From: an uncultured cyanobacterium
GTDB lineage: Bacteria > Cyanobacteriota > Cyanobacteriia > Cyanobacteriales > Nostocaceae
Direction: 5' to 3'
Length of the DNA: 64,000 nucleotides
Assembly (NCBI GenBank): GCA_963706595.1
Contig: OY970166.1
Coordinates: 3,136,001-3,200,000, forward strand
Below the pieces are notes generated by a model, which saw only the letters and a program-made list of their open reading frames with translations, had not been told where the DNA came from and ran no database searches. Made by a program: the position numbers and the translations under genes. This document shows positions 31,609 through 41,843 of the stretch, piece after piece; the stretch's first letter is position 1, and every line of letters begins with the position of its first letter.

Positions 31609-32178
31609 TTGAAGAATAATCTATTATTTACAGGTCATTCATTTCGGTTTATAGTTTTCGCCCTACCTCTATTAATGTGGTTGGGATACCAAGAATCGAA
31701 AATTGAAACATTACCTCCCCAAGCAGTATTAGTCTTGGGTGGTTCTACGTCACGTTTAGAACGAGAAAAATTTACAGCCAATTTTGTGCGCGAGCATCCA
31801 AGTTTACCAATTTGGATTTCTGGGGGGAGTCCACCTAGATCGACTGAGAATGTGTTTGCCCGTGCTGGAGTTGATCCCAAACGATTACACCTGGATTATC
31901 AAGCTGTAGACACTGTTACCAATTTTACTACATTAGTAGATCAGTTGCAAGCTCAAGGTATTAAGAGTGTTTATTTAGTTACTTCGGAGTTCCACATGCG
32001 CCGCGCCCGTGTCGTTGGCGAGATTGTTTTGGGGAGTCGGGGTATTCAATTAAAACCTGTTCCAGTACCTTCAGACAATATGCGTGAACCCGTGGATAAA
32101 TCTATCCGTGATGGCGCTAGAGCCTTACTTTGGGTGACTACTGGTTACACGGGTGCAGAACATAGCAAAAAGCAGTGA
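31609..32178 (+). CDS. YdcF/DUF218 family protein
   Basis: Motifs VLVLGG, ISGGS, AVDTVTNF and LVTSEFHMRRA. Confidence 0.88.
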   Translation: MKNNLLFTGHSFRFIVFALPLLMWLGYQESKIETLPPQAVLVLGGSTSRLEREKFTANFVREHPSLPIWISGGSPPRSTENVFARAGVDPKRLHLDYQAVDTVTNFTTLVDQLQAQGIKSVYLVTSEFHMRRARVVGEIVLGSRGIQLKPVPVPSDNMREPVDKSIRDGARALLWVTTGYTGAEHSKKQ

Positions 32179-32309
32179 ATGGAGCAGGAAAGAGGAGGTA
32201 GGGGGCAGGGAGCAGGGGGCAGGGAGCAGGGGGCAGGGGAGAATAAATGGGAAGATGGGGATGGATGACGACTTCATCCCTATCTTCCCAAATTTTCTTT
32301 TCTAATTTC

Positions 32310-32603
32310 TTATGTGGTCATTTCTTTGACTAAAACATAGGGCTGAATGATCAAAGTTTGAAATCGTTTGGTGCGATCGCTATTCCAATTTCCCAGTTGT
32401 GTATCTGAAGGTTTAGCCATGAGTTGCTGATCAATCCATTGTTGTACGGATGAGATTTGATCGCTGGCGATCGCCACTCCCACATCTAGCAAGTCTAAAT
32501 CCTCTGCGACCACAATCACCGCATCCCGTTTTACATGAGGAATTAGCCAATCCCACTCAGCCTCATCCAGAATTTCTGTTAGTTCTGCTCTTAAATCCGA
32601 CAT
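32310..32603 (-). CDS. DUF2288 family protein
   Basis: Motifs AEWDWLIPH..RDAVIVV, LDLLDVGVAIA.D and IIQPYVLV. Confidence 0.85.
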   Translation of the reverse strand: MSDLRAELTEILDEAEWDWLIPHVKRDAVIVVAEDLDLLDVGVAIASDQISSVQQWIDQQLMAKPSDTQLGNWNSDRTKRFQTLIIQPYVLVKEMTT

Positions 32604-32647
32604 AATTCCCCGTCTTGATGCGTCTACGTCCAATTTTATAACATTTC

Positions 32648-33286
32648 TTAACGTCCTAAATCATGCAACTCATTAATTGCTGTAGCACATTGATGTGTCA
32701 CAGCTTGTAATTCTGCCTTATTAGTAGAACTGGGCGCATCAATTAATTTACCAATCCGAATAGTTAAGGGAACAGCACGAGGGATAGCCGAACCTTTTTG
32801 TAATATCTTTTCAGAACCCCATAAACTCACGGGTAAGAATGGCGCTTTAGCCTTCGCCGCCAAGAGTGCAGCCCCTCTTTTAGGATCTGTAATTCTACCA
32901 TCTGGGGTGCGAGTCCCTTCTAAGAAAACACCCACAGCCCAGCCATTTTCCAGATACTCTAGGGCTGAACGAATGGAATTGCGATCGCCACTACCCCGAC
33001 TCACCGGGTAAGCACCATATAATTTAATTGCTTGTGCCAAAACAGGGACTTCAAATAACTCTTCCTTCGCCATATACGCCACTGGACGACGTACACAATT
33101 AGAGACAATCGGCGGATCAAAGTAACTAGCATGATTACTCACCACCACTAGTTTTCCTGATTTGGGGACATTTTCCACCCCATAAATTCGCCCTTGAAAG
33201 TAAGTATGAAGCATAGGGCTGACAATTGACCACTTAAAAGCGTGGTATAGTGCCAGACTGATTAAAGGTTCGCGTTCTCTGGTCAC
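32648..33286 (-). CDS. plsC: 1-acyl-sn-glycerol-3-phosphate acyltransferase
   Basis: Motifs NHASYFD, AKEELF and FLEGTR; located in the fab/pls operon. Confidence 0.9.
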   Translation of the reverse strand: MTREREPLISLALYHAFKWSIVSPMLHTYFQGRIYGVENVPKSGKLVVVSNHASYFDPPIVSNCVRRPVAYMAKEELFEVPVLAQAIKLYGAYPVSRGSGDRNSIRSALEYLENGWAVGVFLEGTRTPDGRITDPKRGAALLAAKAKAPFLPVSLWGSEKILQKGSAIPRAVPLTIRIGKLIDAPSSTNKAELQAVTHQCATAINELHDLGR

Positions 33287-33362
33287 GGAAGATAATTCAA
33301 TTTATTTGATTAAAATTTAGCATAAGCGATCGCGATCGCTATTTGGTCTTATACCAAACTAA

Positions 33363-33451
33363 TAGACATCTGGTGAAAATAAAATATGCGTGATCACAGT
33401 TGTAGAGAGGTTTCATGGAACGTCTCTACATTCTTTGTCACCAGATGTCTA
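33363..33451. mobile_element. 89-bp MITE with perfect TAGACATCTGGTGA ends, carrying a GTAGAG...CTCTAC hairpin
   Basis: 14-bp inverted ends. It sits inside a larger degenerate repeat (~33350-33550). Confidence 0.85.
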
Positions 33452-33632
33452 ATGTGAAACTGCACTAAATGACTTACCTAAAATTCTTGGCGTGCTTGGC
33501 GTGCTTGGCGGTTCGTTCTCTAAATATTATGTGCATCTGCATACAAAATTGCCACACAATTCTGTCACTACTATCTGTTGGTGAAAAAACGAATTGAATT
33601 TTGAATGAACTTGTCCAATACTGTATTTACCC

Positions 33633-34514
33633 CTAAACTGGCAATTCCGCAGCATTACGGACATTTGTGAAGATTAAATCAGAGGTGGTGCGTTTCATCA
33701 AATTAGTTAGCACATTTCCAGGTCCAATTTCCACGACTTGCTCAATACCATCTGTTGGTAATTGCAGAGAAATTTCTCGCCAACGCACCGAACCGGTCAT
33801 TTGTTGGCTGAGACGCTGCTTGAGAATATTTGTATCCGTAGATGGCATTGGATCTACATTAGACATGACTGGGACAAAAACGGGCTGAAATTCCACTGAT
33901 TCGAGAATATCTTGGAACTCCGCCGCCGCCGCCGCCATCAAGGGTGAGTGAAATGCTCCAGAGGTTCTTAAAGGGATAGCACGTTTGGCTTTCACTTTAG
34001 ATATAATTTCTCGTACAGCTTCTGGAGTACCAGAGATCACTACCTGAGCCGGACTGTTATCATTGGCTAAAACTGCATCTGGTGTCTGAGCCAGCACTGC
34101 TTCTAATTGTTCGCGGTCAAAGTTCATCAAAGCCGCCATCATTCCACCTGCGGCACTATCCATGAGTTCAGCCCGACGCTTGACTAGGTGTAACCCAGCC
34201 GACCACTCAAACGCACCTGCAATATAAAGGGCAATATATTCACCCAAACTGTGACCAGCAACTACATCTGGTTTATGTCCCCGTTCCCGGAGAATATCAG
34301 CCAAGATGCTTTCTACCACATAAAGACTTGGCTGTGTATAGAGCGTCTGTGATAACTTTTCTTCTTCGCTTTGACATAAGTCGGTGACAGACCAGCCCAA
34401 AATTGCTTCAGCTTGGGCAAATTTATCTTTAGCGCTTGGTATATCTAATAAGTCAATTCCCATTCCCAGCGCTTGAGAACCTTGTCCGGGAAACACCCAT
34501 GCAGTTTTAGTCAT
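33633..34514 (-). CDS. fabD: Malonyl-CoA:ACP transacylase
   Basis: Motifs FPGQGSQ, GHSLGEY and SGAFHS. Confidence 0.97.
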   Translation of the reverse strand: MTKTAWVFPGQGSQALGMGIDLLDIPSAKDKFAQAEAILGWSVTDLCQSEEEKLSQTLYTQPSLYVVESILADILRERGHKPDVVAGHSLGEYIALYIAGAFEWSAGLHLVKRRAELMDSAAGGMMAALMNFDREQLEAVLAQTPDAVLANDNSPAQVVISGTPEAVREIISKVKAKRAIPLRTSGAFHSPLMAAAAAEFQDILESVEFQPVFVPVMSNVDPMPSTDTNILKQRLSQQMTGSVRWREISLQLPTDGIEQVVEIGPGNVLTNLMKRTTSDLIFTNVRNAAELPV

Positions 34515-34826
34515 TTGTCCTTAGTCATTAGTCATTGGTCATTAGTCATTAGTCATTGGTCATTAGTCATTGGGAAGTTACCGTCTTCTCCCCCCTGCTC
34601 CCTGCTCCCTGCTCCCCTGCCTCTTATCTTCCCCCTGCTCCCTGCTCCCTGCTCCCCTGCCTCTTATCTTCCCCCTGCTCCCTGCACCCTGCTCCCTGCC
34701 TCTTTTTCTCCCCCCTGCTCCCTGCTCCCCTGCCTCTTATCTTCCCCCTGCTCCCTGCTCCCTGCTCCCCTGCCTCTTTCTCCCCCCTGCTCCCTGCACC
34801 CTGCTCCCCTGCCTCTTATCTTCCCC
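34507..34826. repeat. Compound STRR array: TTAGTCA/TTGGTCA heptamers, then CCCTGCT heptamers in a higher-order unit
   Basis: Fills the fabH-fabD spacer. Confidence 0.92.
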
Positions 34827-35808
34827 ATTGAAATATGGCTGCGCCCCAAGTTAATCCAGCCCCAAAGCCAGATGCAGCAATGATGTCATTAGGTTTGATT
34901 TTGCCTGACCGCACGGCTTCATCTAAGGCTAGGGGAATAGAGGCGGCGGAGGTATTGCCATAATTGGCGAGATTGCTAATTACTTTGTGTTCGGGAATAT
35001 TTAGGCGTTGGGCAACGGAATCAAGAATCCGTTGATTTGCTTGATGTAATACTAGCCAATCTATTTGGTCAACAGTCAGATTAGCTTGAAATAAAGCTTT
35101 ATCAATAATTTCTGGGACTTTTTGGACAGCAAAGCGGTAGACTTCTTTGCCGTTCATGGTTATGGGCTGATAATGACCTTTAGTGATATTTACGTCTGGG
35201 AGCAATTCTTGTGCAGAAGAGGTATAAGCAAGATTCAGGTAGTGGTTTTGCGTACCATCACTTTTTAAGGAAAATCCTAATAGGCGATCGCTTTGATTCG
35301 ATTGCAATACTACCGCCCCAGCACCATCGCCAAATAACACACAAGTCCGCCGATCATGCCAATCTACCCAGCGAGAGAGGATATCTGCCCCAATCAAGAG
35401 TACATTTTTATAGACACCTGTTTTGATATATTGGGCAGCTGTGACTAGCCCAAAGACAAAGCCAGAGCAAGCAGCTGTCAAATCAAAGGCGACTGCGTTT
35501 GTGGCTCCTAATTGAGCTTGAATTTGACAAGCACTACCAAATAAATCATCAGGGGTGGATGTGGCGAGCAAAATCAAGTCCAGGTCTGTGGCTTTAATTC
35601 CGGCTGAGGCGATCGCTTGACTACCAGCATCAGCAGCGAGGGTACTCAAAGACTCAGATGGTAGCGCTAAACACCGTTGACGAATTCCCGTTCTTGTGGT
35701 AATCCACTCATCTGAAGTTTCTACCAGTTCAGTCAGCGCCTCGTTAGTGAGGTGAGTTTTTGGTACTGCCGAGCCGCTCCCTGTAATTGCTATGCCTAAC
35801 TTTTCCAC
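34816..35808 (-). CDS. fabH: 3-oxoacyl-ACP synthase III
   Basis: Motifs AACSGF, HQANQRI and GNTSAASIP. Confidence 0.97.
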   Translation of the reverse strand: MEKLGIAITGSGSAVPKTHLTNEALTELVETSDEWITTRTGIRQRCLALPSESLSTLAADAGSQAIASAGIKATDLDLILLATSTPDDLFGSACQIQAQLGATNAVAFDLTAACSGFVFGLVTAAQYIKTGVYKNVLLIGADILSRWVDWHDRRTCVLFGDGAGAVVLQSNQSDRLLGFSLKSDGTQNHYLNLAYTSSAQELLPDVNITKGHYQPITMNGKEVYRFAVQKVPEIIDKALFQANLTVDQIDWLVLHQANQRILDSVAQRLNIPEHKVISNLANYGNTSAASIPLALDEAVRSGKIKPNDIIAASGFGAGLTWGAAIFQWGR

Positions 35809-35927
35809 TCCGATTCTCCCCAGCTATCAGCATTGTAGTCATTAGTCATCAGTCATCAGTCATTAGTCTTTTCCTATTGACCAATGACCTTTTTCCAGCT
35901 ATTGATCGCTAGTTTTGTAGCTAATGC

Positions 35928-36953
35928 CTAACTGGTTTCCTGTTCTAGAATTTCATATTGGGACTGAAGTCTTTGCAGCACCTGATTGTCTACAGCTTCC
36001 TTGGCCATCCGAATGGCATTAAAAATAGAAGGAGCTTGAGAGCTACCATGTCCAATAAAACAGACTCCGGCTACCCCTAAAAGCAAAGCACCACCATGTT
36101 CTGCGTGATCCATGCGCTGTTTAACTCGTTTCAGGTTAGGTTTTAAAATTGCTGTCCCAATTTGACCGTGCAATCCTTGGGGTAATTCTTCCCGCAAGAT
36201 TTGCAAAATCACTTCACCCACTGCTTCGGCAAATTTTAATAACACATTGCCCACAAAGCCATCGCAGACAATCACATCAAAGTTACCAGAAAGGACATCA
36301 CGCCCTTCAGCATTACCAATAAAATTAATTTGGGAATTTTCCCTCAGTAGTTGGTGCGCGCGCAGTGCGACTTCATTACCCTTAGTATCTTCTTCACCAA
36401 TATTCAACAAACCGACTTCAGGCTTGGCAACACCCAATACATACTGGCTATAAGTTGACCCCATGACAGCAAACTGCTCTAAAAACTTAGGGCGGGAGTC
36501 TACATTGGCACCAACATCAAGTATCAGTACTGGTTTACCAGCTTTGATTGTGGGAAAAACCGTGCCAATAGCTGGGCGGTCAATTCCTGGCAATCGTCCG
36601 AGGCGAAGCAAAGCTGCTGCCATAGCTGCCCCAGAGTGTCCCGCAGAAAACACGGCATCTGCCTGCTGCTGCTTGACTAAATTCATCGCCACATTAATAG
36701 AAGCCTTGCGTTTGCGTCTAACTGCATTCAAAGGCTCCTCATCCATTGCGATCGCTTCCTCCGCAGGAACGATCTCTACCCGCTCCAAATTTGTTTTTGG
36801 GGGCAAGGCAGCTGCAATTTGTTGGGGATCACCAACTAATAATACCTTCACACCCAATTCTTCACTGGCGCGCATTGCGCCAGCAACGATTTCACCGGGT
36901 GCATGATCCCCTCCCATTGCGTCAATTGCTATCCGTACGCCAGTCGATCCCAT
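35928..36953 (-). CDS. plsX: Phosphate acyltransferase PlsX
   Basis: Motifs IAIDAMGGDHAP, LDVGAN, LLNIGEE and VCDGFVGN. Confidence 0.97.
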   Translation of the reverse strand: MGSTGVRIAIDAMGGDHAPGEIVAGAMRASEELGVKVLLVGDPQQIAAALPPKTNLERVEIVPAEEAIAMDEEPLNAVRRKRKASINVAMNLVKQQQADAVFSAGHSGAAMAAALLRLGRLPGIDRPAIGTVFPTIKAGKPVLILDVGANVDSRPKFLEQFAVMGSTYSQYVLGVAKPEVGLLNIGEEDTKGNEVALRAHQLLRENSQINFIGNAEGRDVLSGNFDVIVCDGFVGNVLLKFAEAVGEVILQILREELPQGLHGQIGTAILKPNLKRVKQRMDHAEHGGALLLGVAGVCFIGHGSSQAPSIFNAIRMAKEAVDNQVLQRLQSQYEILEQETS

Positions 36954-37215
36954 TGCTTAGAGCTACTAGAAACCTTACAAATTTTACCAGATGGCTTTGC
37001 CCAAAAACCGGAAGTTTCTGACTACCGTATTACTCTTGTCACTATTGCAACTTCAGCAGCAAGCTCAAGATACCATGAATGGTTAGGGAATAGGAAGAGG
37101 CAGAGGGGCAGGGGGCAGGGTGCAGGGGGAGAGTAGGAAAGAAAGGTTGTCAAGCAGACGGGAGTGTAGAGTAATTTCCAATTCACCCCTCTTCTGCCCC
37201 ACCCCTGCCTAATTT

Positions 37216-38691
37216 CTACTCACTCAATACCCAATTAACTAGGGTTCGCACACCGTAGCCTGTAGCACCTGGGCTGTTGTAGCCGTTTTCTTTATCTGTC
37301 CACACTGGTCCAGCAACGTCTAAGTGCGCCCAAGGGGTATCTTTAATGAACTGCTTCAAGAACAGGGACGCAGTAATAGAACCACCAGGACGCGGCCCGG
37401 TATTTTTCATGTCCGCAATTCCCGATTTCAGTCCTTCAAAATATTTTTCTTCCATTGGCATCCGCCACAGTTTTTCACCTGCGCTTTCGGCAGCTTGTTC
37501 CAGTTGGGAAGCTACAGCATCATCGGGAGTAAATAAGCCGGCAATATCTTCACCTAAAGCCACAACGCAAGCACCTGTGAGAGTGGCTAAATCAATGACT
37601 GCATCTACTCCCAATTTGTCTGCATACACCAAGGCATCAGCTAAGGTTAAACGCCCTTCTGCATCGGTGTTGTTCACTTCTATTGTTTTGCCATTGGATG
37701 CTTTGAGGATGTCGCCAGGGTGCATGGCGTGACCGCTAATCATGTTTTCTGTGGCGGCTGAGATGAAGTGAACTTCTACATCTGGTTTGATTTGAGCAAT
37801 GGCTTTGGCTGCACCGAAGGTAGCACCAGCACCGCCCATATCAATTTTCATAGTTTCGATACCGCTTCCAGCACCTTTAATATTCAGTCCGCCGGAATCG
37901 AAGGTTAAACCTTTACCAATAATTGCTAGTTTGCGTCTGGGTGTACCTTCGGGTTTGTAAGTCAGGTGAATGAATTTTGGTGGCAAGTCTGAGGCTTGGG
38001 CAACTCCTAAAAAAGCACCCATACCCAGCTTTTCGCAGTCTTCCCGTTCTAAAATTTGGATCTCAATGCCGTGTTCAGTGGCGATCGCCTGAGCTGTTTC
38101 TGCCAAGGTAATCGGTGTTACCTCATTGGCTGGTGCTGCTACCAATTCCCTGGCTAAATTTACCCCGGAAACGATTTGATTGGCGCGGGTAATGGCTGCT
38201 TCTTGTCCACTTAATCCCAGTAAATCTACGGTTTCAATTTTTGCGCCTTTATCTTCTGGTTCAGACTTAAAGCGATTGTCTTGATAAAGAGCTAATTGTA
38301 TACCTTCCGCGATCGCCTGAGCAGTTTCCGCAGGCTTGTTATCCCACAATGGCAAACTCAAACCCAGGTTTTTGCTTTTTTGCTTTTTTGCCACCCTAGC
38401 CACAGCAGCAGCCGCACGCCGCAAGGTTTCTAGTTTTAACGCGTCTGGTTTCCCCAAACCAACTAAAATTATTTTACGGATCGGGCTACCAGCACTAACA
38501 CGGGTGAAAACGCTGCTATAGGCTTTGGCTGTAAATTCTTCCTCAGCAATCAGTTCTTTTAAAACACCGCCAAACTGCTGATCTAATTTTGCCAGTTCGC
38601 CAGTTAACTCTACGGCATCTTCAAATAATCCAATTGCCAAACTATCGCCTGCCCATTCTAGCAGAGGCGTGTTACTAGGTTGAATTTTCAT
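37216..38691 (-). CDS. pepA: Leucyl aminopeptidase (M17)
   Basis: Motifs [17 protein letters not shown] and NTDAEGRL. Confidence 0.97.
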   Translation of the reverse strand: MKIQPSNTPLLEWAGDSLAIGLFEDAVELTGELAKLDQQFGGVLKELIAEEEFTAKAYSSVFTRVSAGSPIRKIILVGLGKPDALKLETLRRAAAAVARVAKKQKSKNLGLSLPLWDNKPAETAQAIAEGIQLALYQDNRFKSEPEDKGAKIETVDLLGLSGQEAAITRANQIVSGVNLARELVAAPANEVTPITLAETAQAIATEHGIEIQILEREDCEKLGMGAFLGVAQASDLPPKFIHLTYKPEGTPRRKLAIIGKGLTFDSGGLNIKGAGSGIETMKIDMGGAGATFGAAKAIAQIKPDVEVHFISAATENMISGHAMHPGDILKASNGKTIEVNNTDAEGRLTLADALVYADKLGVDAVIDLATLTGACVVALGEDIAGLFTPDDAVASQLEQAAESAGEKLWRMPMEEKYFEGLKSGIADMKNTGPRPGGSITASLFLKQFIKDTPWAHLDVAGPVWTDKENGYNSPGATGYGVRTLVNWVLSE

Positions 38692-38765
38692 TTTGTGAAT
38701 TTATCTAAATTTTCCTACTTTTACCAGTATTACTTAAAATTCTTTTTTCTTTGGTGAATTATCGA

Positions 38766-39101
38766 TTAAGCAACGCCATACCCTGTGTAGGGACGTTTGT
38801 ATGGAGGATGCAACCCTATAACTATATCTTCTTTAGGAATGCCCATGTCTAATAGTTCTTCACCGACATCAATATCAGTTGTGTTCTGTTGCAGCCAGAT
38901 TTTGCCATCTTTAATATCAAAGTGCAGAATAGTGTGATATACACGCTTCAAGCCTTTCCAACCCACTCGCATAAGTTGGTAATGATCTCGCACTGAGTCA
39001 AAAAATAGCTCGTTTTCTACATCTTGTTCATGGGATTTATACTGACTATGTTTTTCTAAAAGAGTTTGGATGCAGGAAAGATAATTTTCTAACTTCTCCA
39101 T
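38766..39101 (-). CDS. xisI: XisI family protein (no adjacent xisH)
   Basis: Motifs DHYQLMRVGW, LHFDIKDGKIWLQ and GIPKEDIVIGLHPPYKRPYTGYGVA. Confidence 0.88.
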   Translation of the reverse strand: MEKLENYLSCIQTLLEKHSQYKSHEQDVENELFFDSVRDHYQLMRVGWKGLKRVYHTILHFDIKDGKIWLQQNTTDIDVGEELLDMGIPKEDIVIGLHPPYKRPYTGYGVA

Positions 39102-39204
39102 TAGTCCTATTATTAATTTACGAGTTTTCACTAGTATTGTGTCAAAAAATAATTGACGGATATATTTTCTGTAGAGACGGCGATTTATCGCGTCTCTCCA
39201 ACCG

Positions 39205-40269
39205 TCATAATGTATTTGACAGACTACTAGGGTTTATTTGGGAAATTTTTTCACACTCAGCTAATAAAGGATTCCCCAAATCAGGATTTTCTTGGGCAAT
39301 TTCTTGACATCTAGCGACTAAAGCAATGGCAAAATCAGGGTTGAGTTGTTTGAATAGCTGATCTAACGGCTGGGGTGATTTGATGTTTTCAGCAATCTCT
39401 TGCAATGATTCATCACTCAAATTAGCAGCTTTTAATTCTGGTAAGATTTCTTCCCAAGTTTTCTGAGGATAACTGGCGAGGATCATTTGCACTAAAATCT
39501 GATCCATGATTGCTTCTTGCGCCAAAGCAGTTTCCAGATACTCTTGACTTTGAGCTTGTAAAGTGGCTAATGTTTCTGGGGAAGTCAGGGAAGTGGATTC
39601 ATCTAGCTTGGCTTCATAAAATCGACAAGCTGCATATCCTAAAGAATAGATCATTGTGGCGTTGGAACTAGTGGCGATCGCAGCACCGGCAAAAGGCACA
39701 TTTCGCAGCAAACCTAAACCACCCAATCTTAAAAGGCGACCACCACCCAAGCCTAAGCCAAAAATTCCCAAAACTTCACCCTTCCGGGCGGGATCTTTTA
39801 AATCTAAACCATAAACCGCAGCAATTTGATAAATCATTTCTGACTGTAATTTAGTAGTTGCTGCCAAATCAATAGCTAACAACGCCGCCGCTACGCCTGG
39901 CAAAATACTACTAGCTAGACCAATCCCCCCGGCTTTTCTGGCTTTATCAACCATAATCCTATGGGCGATTTGACTGGGTGATTCATCAGGATACTTTTGC
40001 TTGAGCTTGTTTACAGATGCTTCAGCTTTTTCCAAATCGACACTTTCACTAGGGCTAATCAACCAGTTGAGATTTAATACCCCAGTTAGTTTTCTCACAA
40101 ACCAATTTTCGCTGATGTGATTAACTACATCACCAGTGGTTTGAGTACCTTTTTCAATTAATTTATATGTTTCCTTTGCAGCGACTACTCCCGCCCCAAT
40201 GGATGTATCTAAAACTATTTGACCCGCTTCAAGGGCTGTATGAGTAATTGCCTTTCCTACCTCACCCAC
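39205..40269 (-). CDS. EcsC/DUF697-like protein (N-terminus possibly frameshifted from the ATG at 40336)
   Basis: Gly/Ala-rich helices, MIYQIAAVYGLD and RNVPFAGAAI. Confidence 0.7.
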   Translation of the reverse strand: MGEVGKAITHTALEAGQIVLDTSIGAGVVAAKETYKLIEKGTQTTGDVVNHISENWFVRKLTGVLNLNWLISPSESVDLEKAEASVNKLKQKYPDESPSQIAHRIMVDKARKAGGIGLASSILPGVAAALLAIDLAATTKLQSEMIYQIAAVYGLDLKDPARKGEVLGIFGLGLGGGRLLRLGGLGLLRNVPFAGAAIATSSNATMIYSLGYAACRFYEAKLDESTSLTSPETLATLQAQSQEYLETALAQEAIMDQILVQMILASYPQKTWEEILPELKAANLSDESLQEIAENIKSPQPLDQLFKQLNPDFAIALVARCQEIAQENPDLGNPLLAECEKISQINPSSLSNTL

Positions 40270-40674
40270 AGCCTCACATACAGATTTATGGTCTTGATTT
40301 GTTTACCTCTATTTCTGGTTGAGATTTGTCTGCCATTGTTAAGCACCATATTAACAGCCTGTTATTTCAGTTGTACCGAATATGGCTGGGGCTGACATCC
40401 TCCAGAATGAGCAAATTTATCAAAATTATGCAGAAGTAGAGTTCAAGGTTTTGGGAAAAGAGACACCTTCATCAACATCAAAGAGGGAACAAGAAAGATT
40501 CAGGCTGCTAAACTGTAATTCTTGGTTTTATCTATAGCTATAAAACTCCCATCTATCGGTAAAGATTATAAATTTATCTCTAATGATTTATTACACGAAT
40601 ATATAAGTTGTCTGATTTTTTACCAAAAAATGCAACTAAAAAACGGTTATTTCTCACTTCCTACTCCCCACTCC

Positions 40675-41496
40675 CTATTCCCCACTCCCAATTCTCTGCT
40701 CGGCTTTGATTTGATGTTCTACAAAATTTTGTTCTCGTAAGATTTTATAAAGATTGATATTGTGTTCTAGTAAACAGGCGTGTCCACTGTCAGGTAATAC
40801 AGCTAATTTGGGGTTAGGTAAAATACTTACCAAGCGTTTGGCTTCGTTAACTGAGGGTAAGAGGCGATCGCTTGCACCAGCAATCAGCAAAACGGCTTGA
40901 GTTAGTTGGCGTAACTGCGCTTCAGTCACACTAAATTCCTTCAGTAAAGACAATCGCCATGTAACTGTGGCTGGGGGTACAGACTGCATGGTTTTCAGCA
41001 GTTCATGGCGCAGATGGCGGGGAATACGTGCCAAGGATGCTAAAAAGGGTAATAACCCTAGTGCGCCCAGATCATAAAAGCATTCTGGAACAAAGTAAGT
41101 AAATTGGGATGTCCAAGTTAACCAAGGGCGCAACTGAAAAGCTGATGCTGGGTTAATCAGAATAATCCGCTTAAATAACTGTGGTGATTGGGTCGCTACT
41201 TTCATCGCCAAACAACCCCCAAAGGACTCGCCACACAGGTAAACAGGTCTGTGTGAGCTTTTTTCTAATTCCGCATGAATCAAATCCAAGACGTTGTTAC
41301 TTAACTCCTCCCAGGTGGTGAGGTCTTGTCTAGGAATCGCCAAACACCGGACATCAAAGCCAACCTCTAAGCCAGCAGTTTGCGATCGCAATAATTCACC
41401 AGTTCCATCCAATCCTGGTAAATACACAAACAACGGATACTCTAATTGGACTCGGTTAGGAGTCAGGAAACACGGCTTTAGCTCAACTTTTGGCAT
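40675..41496 (-). CDS. Alpha/beta hydrolase resembling the hydrolase domain of phytyl ester synthases
   Basis: Motifs YLPGLDGTG, GESFGG (nucleophile elbow), D.LLPS and SGHACLLE. Confidence 0.88.
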   Translation of the reverse strand: MPKVELKPCFLTPNRVQLEYPLFVYLPGLDGTGELLRSQTAGLEVGFDVRCLAIPRQDLTTWEELSNNVLDLIHAELEKSSHRPVYLCGESFGGCLAMKVATQSPQLFKRIILINPASAFQLRPWLTWTSQFTYFVPECFYDLGALGLLPFLASLARIPRHLRHELLKTMQSVPPATVTWRLSLLKEFSVTEAQLRQLTQAVLLIAGASDRLLPSVNEAKRLVSILPNPKLAVLPDSGHACLLEHNINLYKILREQNFVEHQIKAEQRIGSGE

Positions 41497-41843
41497 TGTA
41501 AAATATAAATTCAACTTTTTAGTTTTATGATAAAATCATATCGTATGTAGTAAAAACCACATTAAAAATAACAATCATAAATCATTAATAAGACCCTTTC
41601 CCTCTTCACTTGGCGACCTTCTCCCAAGGGGAGACGCTACGCGGTAAGCGAAGCTTATGCCGAAGGCTTTAGGCGACTTGGCGGTTCGTTCATCTTCATA
41701 ATAAATAACGCAATTGACAATCAGCCTGTAACAGAGAGACGAATTAATATAAAAATACTCCTAAACAAACCATTTGTAATGCTTACGAAAAACATCCATT
41801 AAAAACGCAACAGCATCACATATATCCATAAAAATTCCACCAT

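Noticed and set aside
34473..34883. Pro/Leu/Cys-rich ORFs in several frames
   Set aside because: They are translations of STRR heptamer arrays.
36463..36906. Long antisense ORFs (also 8339-8755, 30763-31194 and 37346-37732)
   Set aside because: They are shadow frames of conserved genes on the opposite strand.
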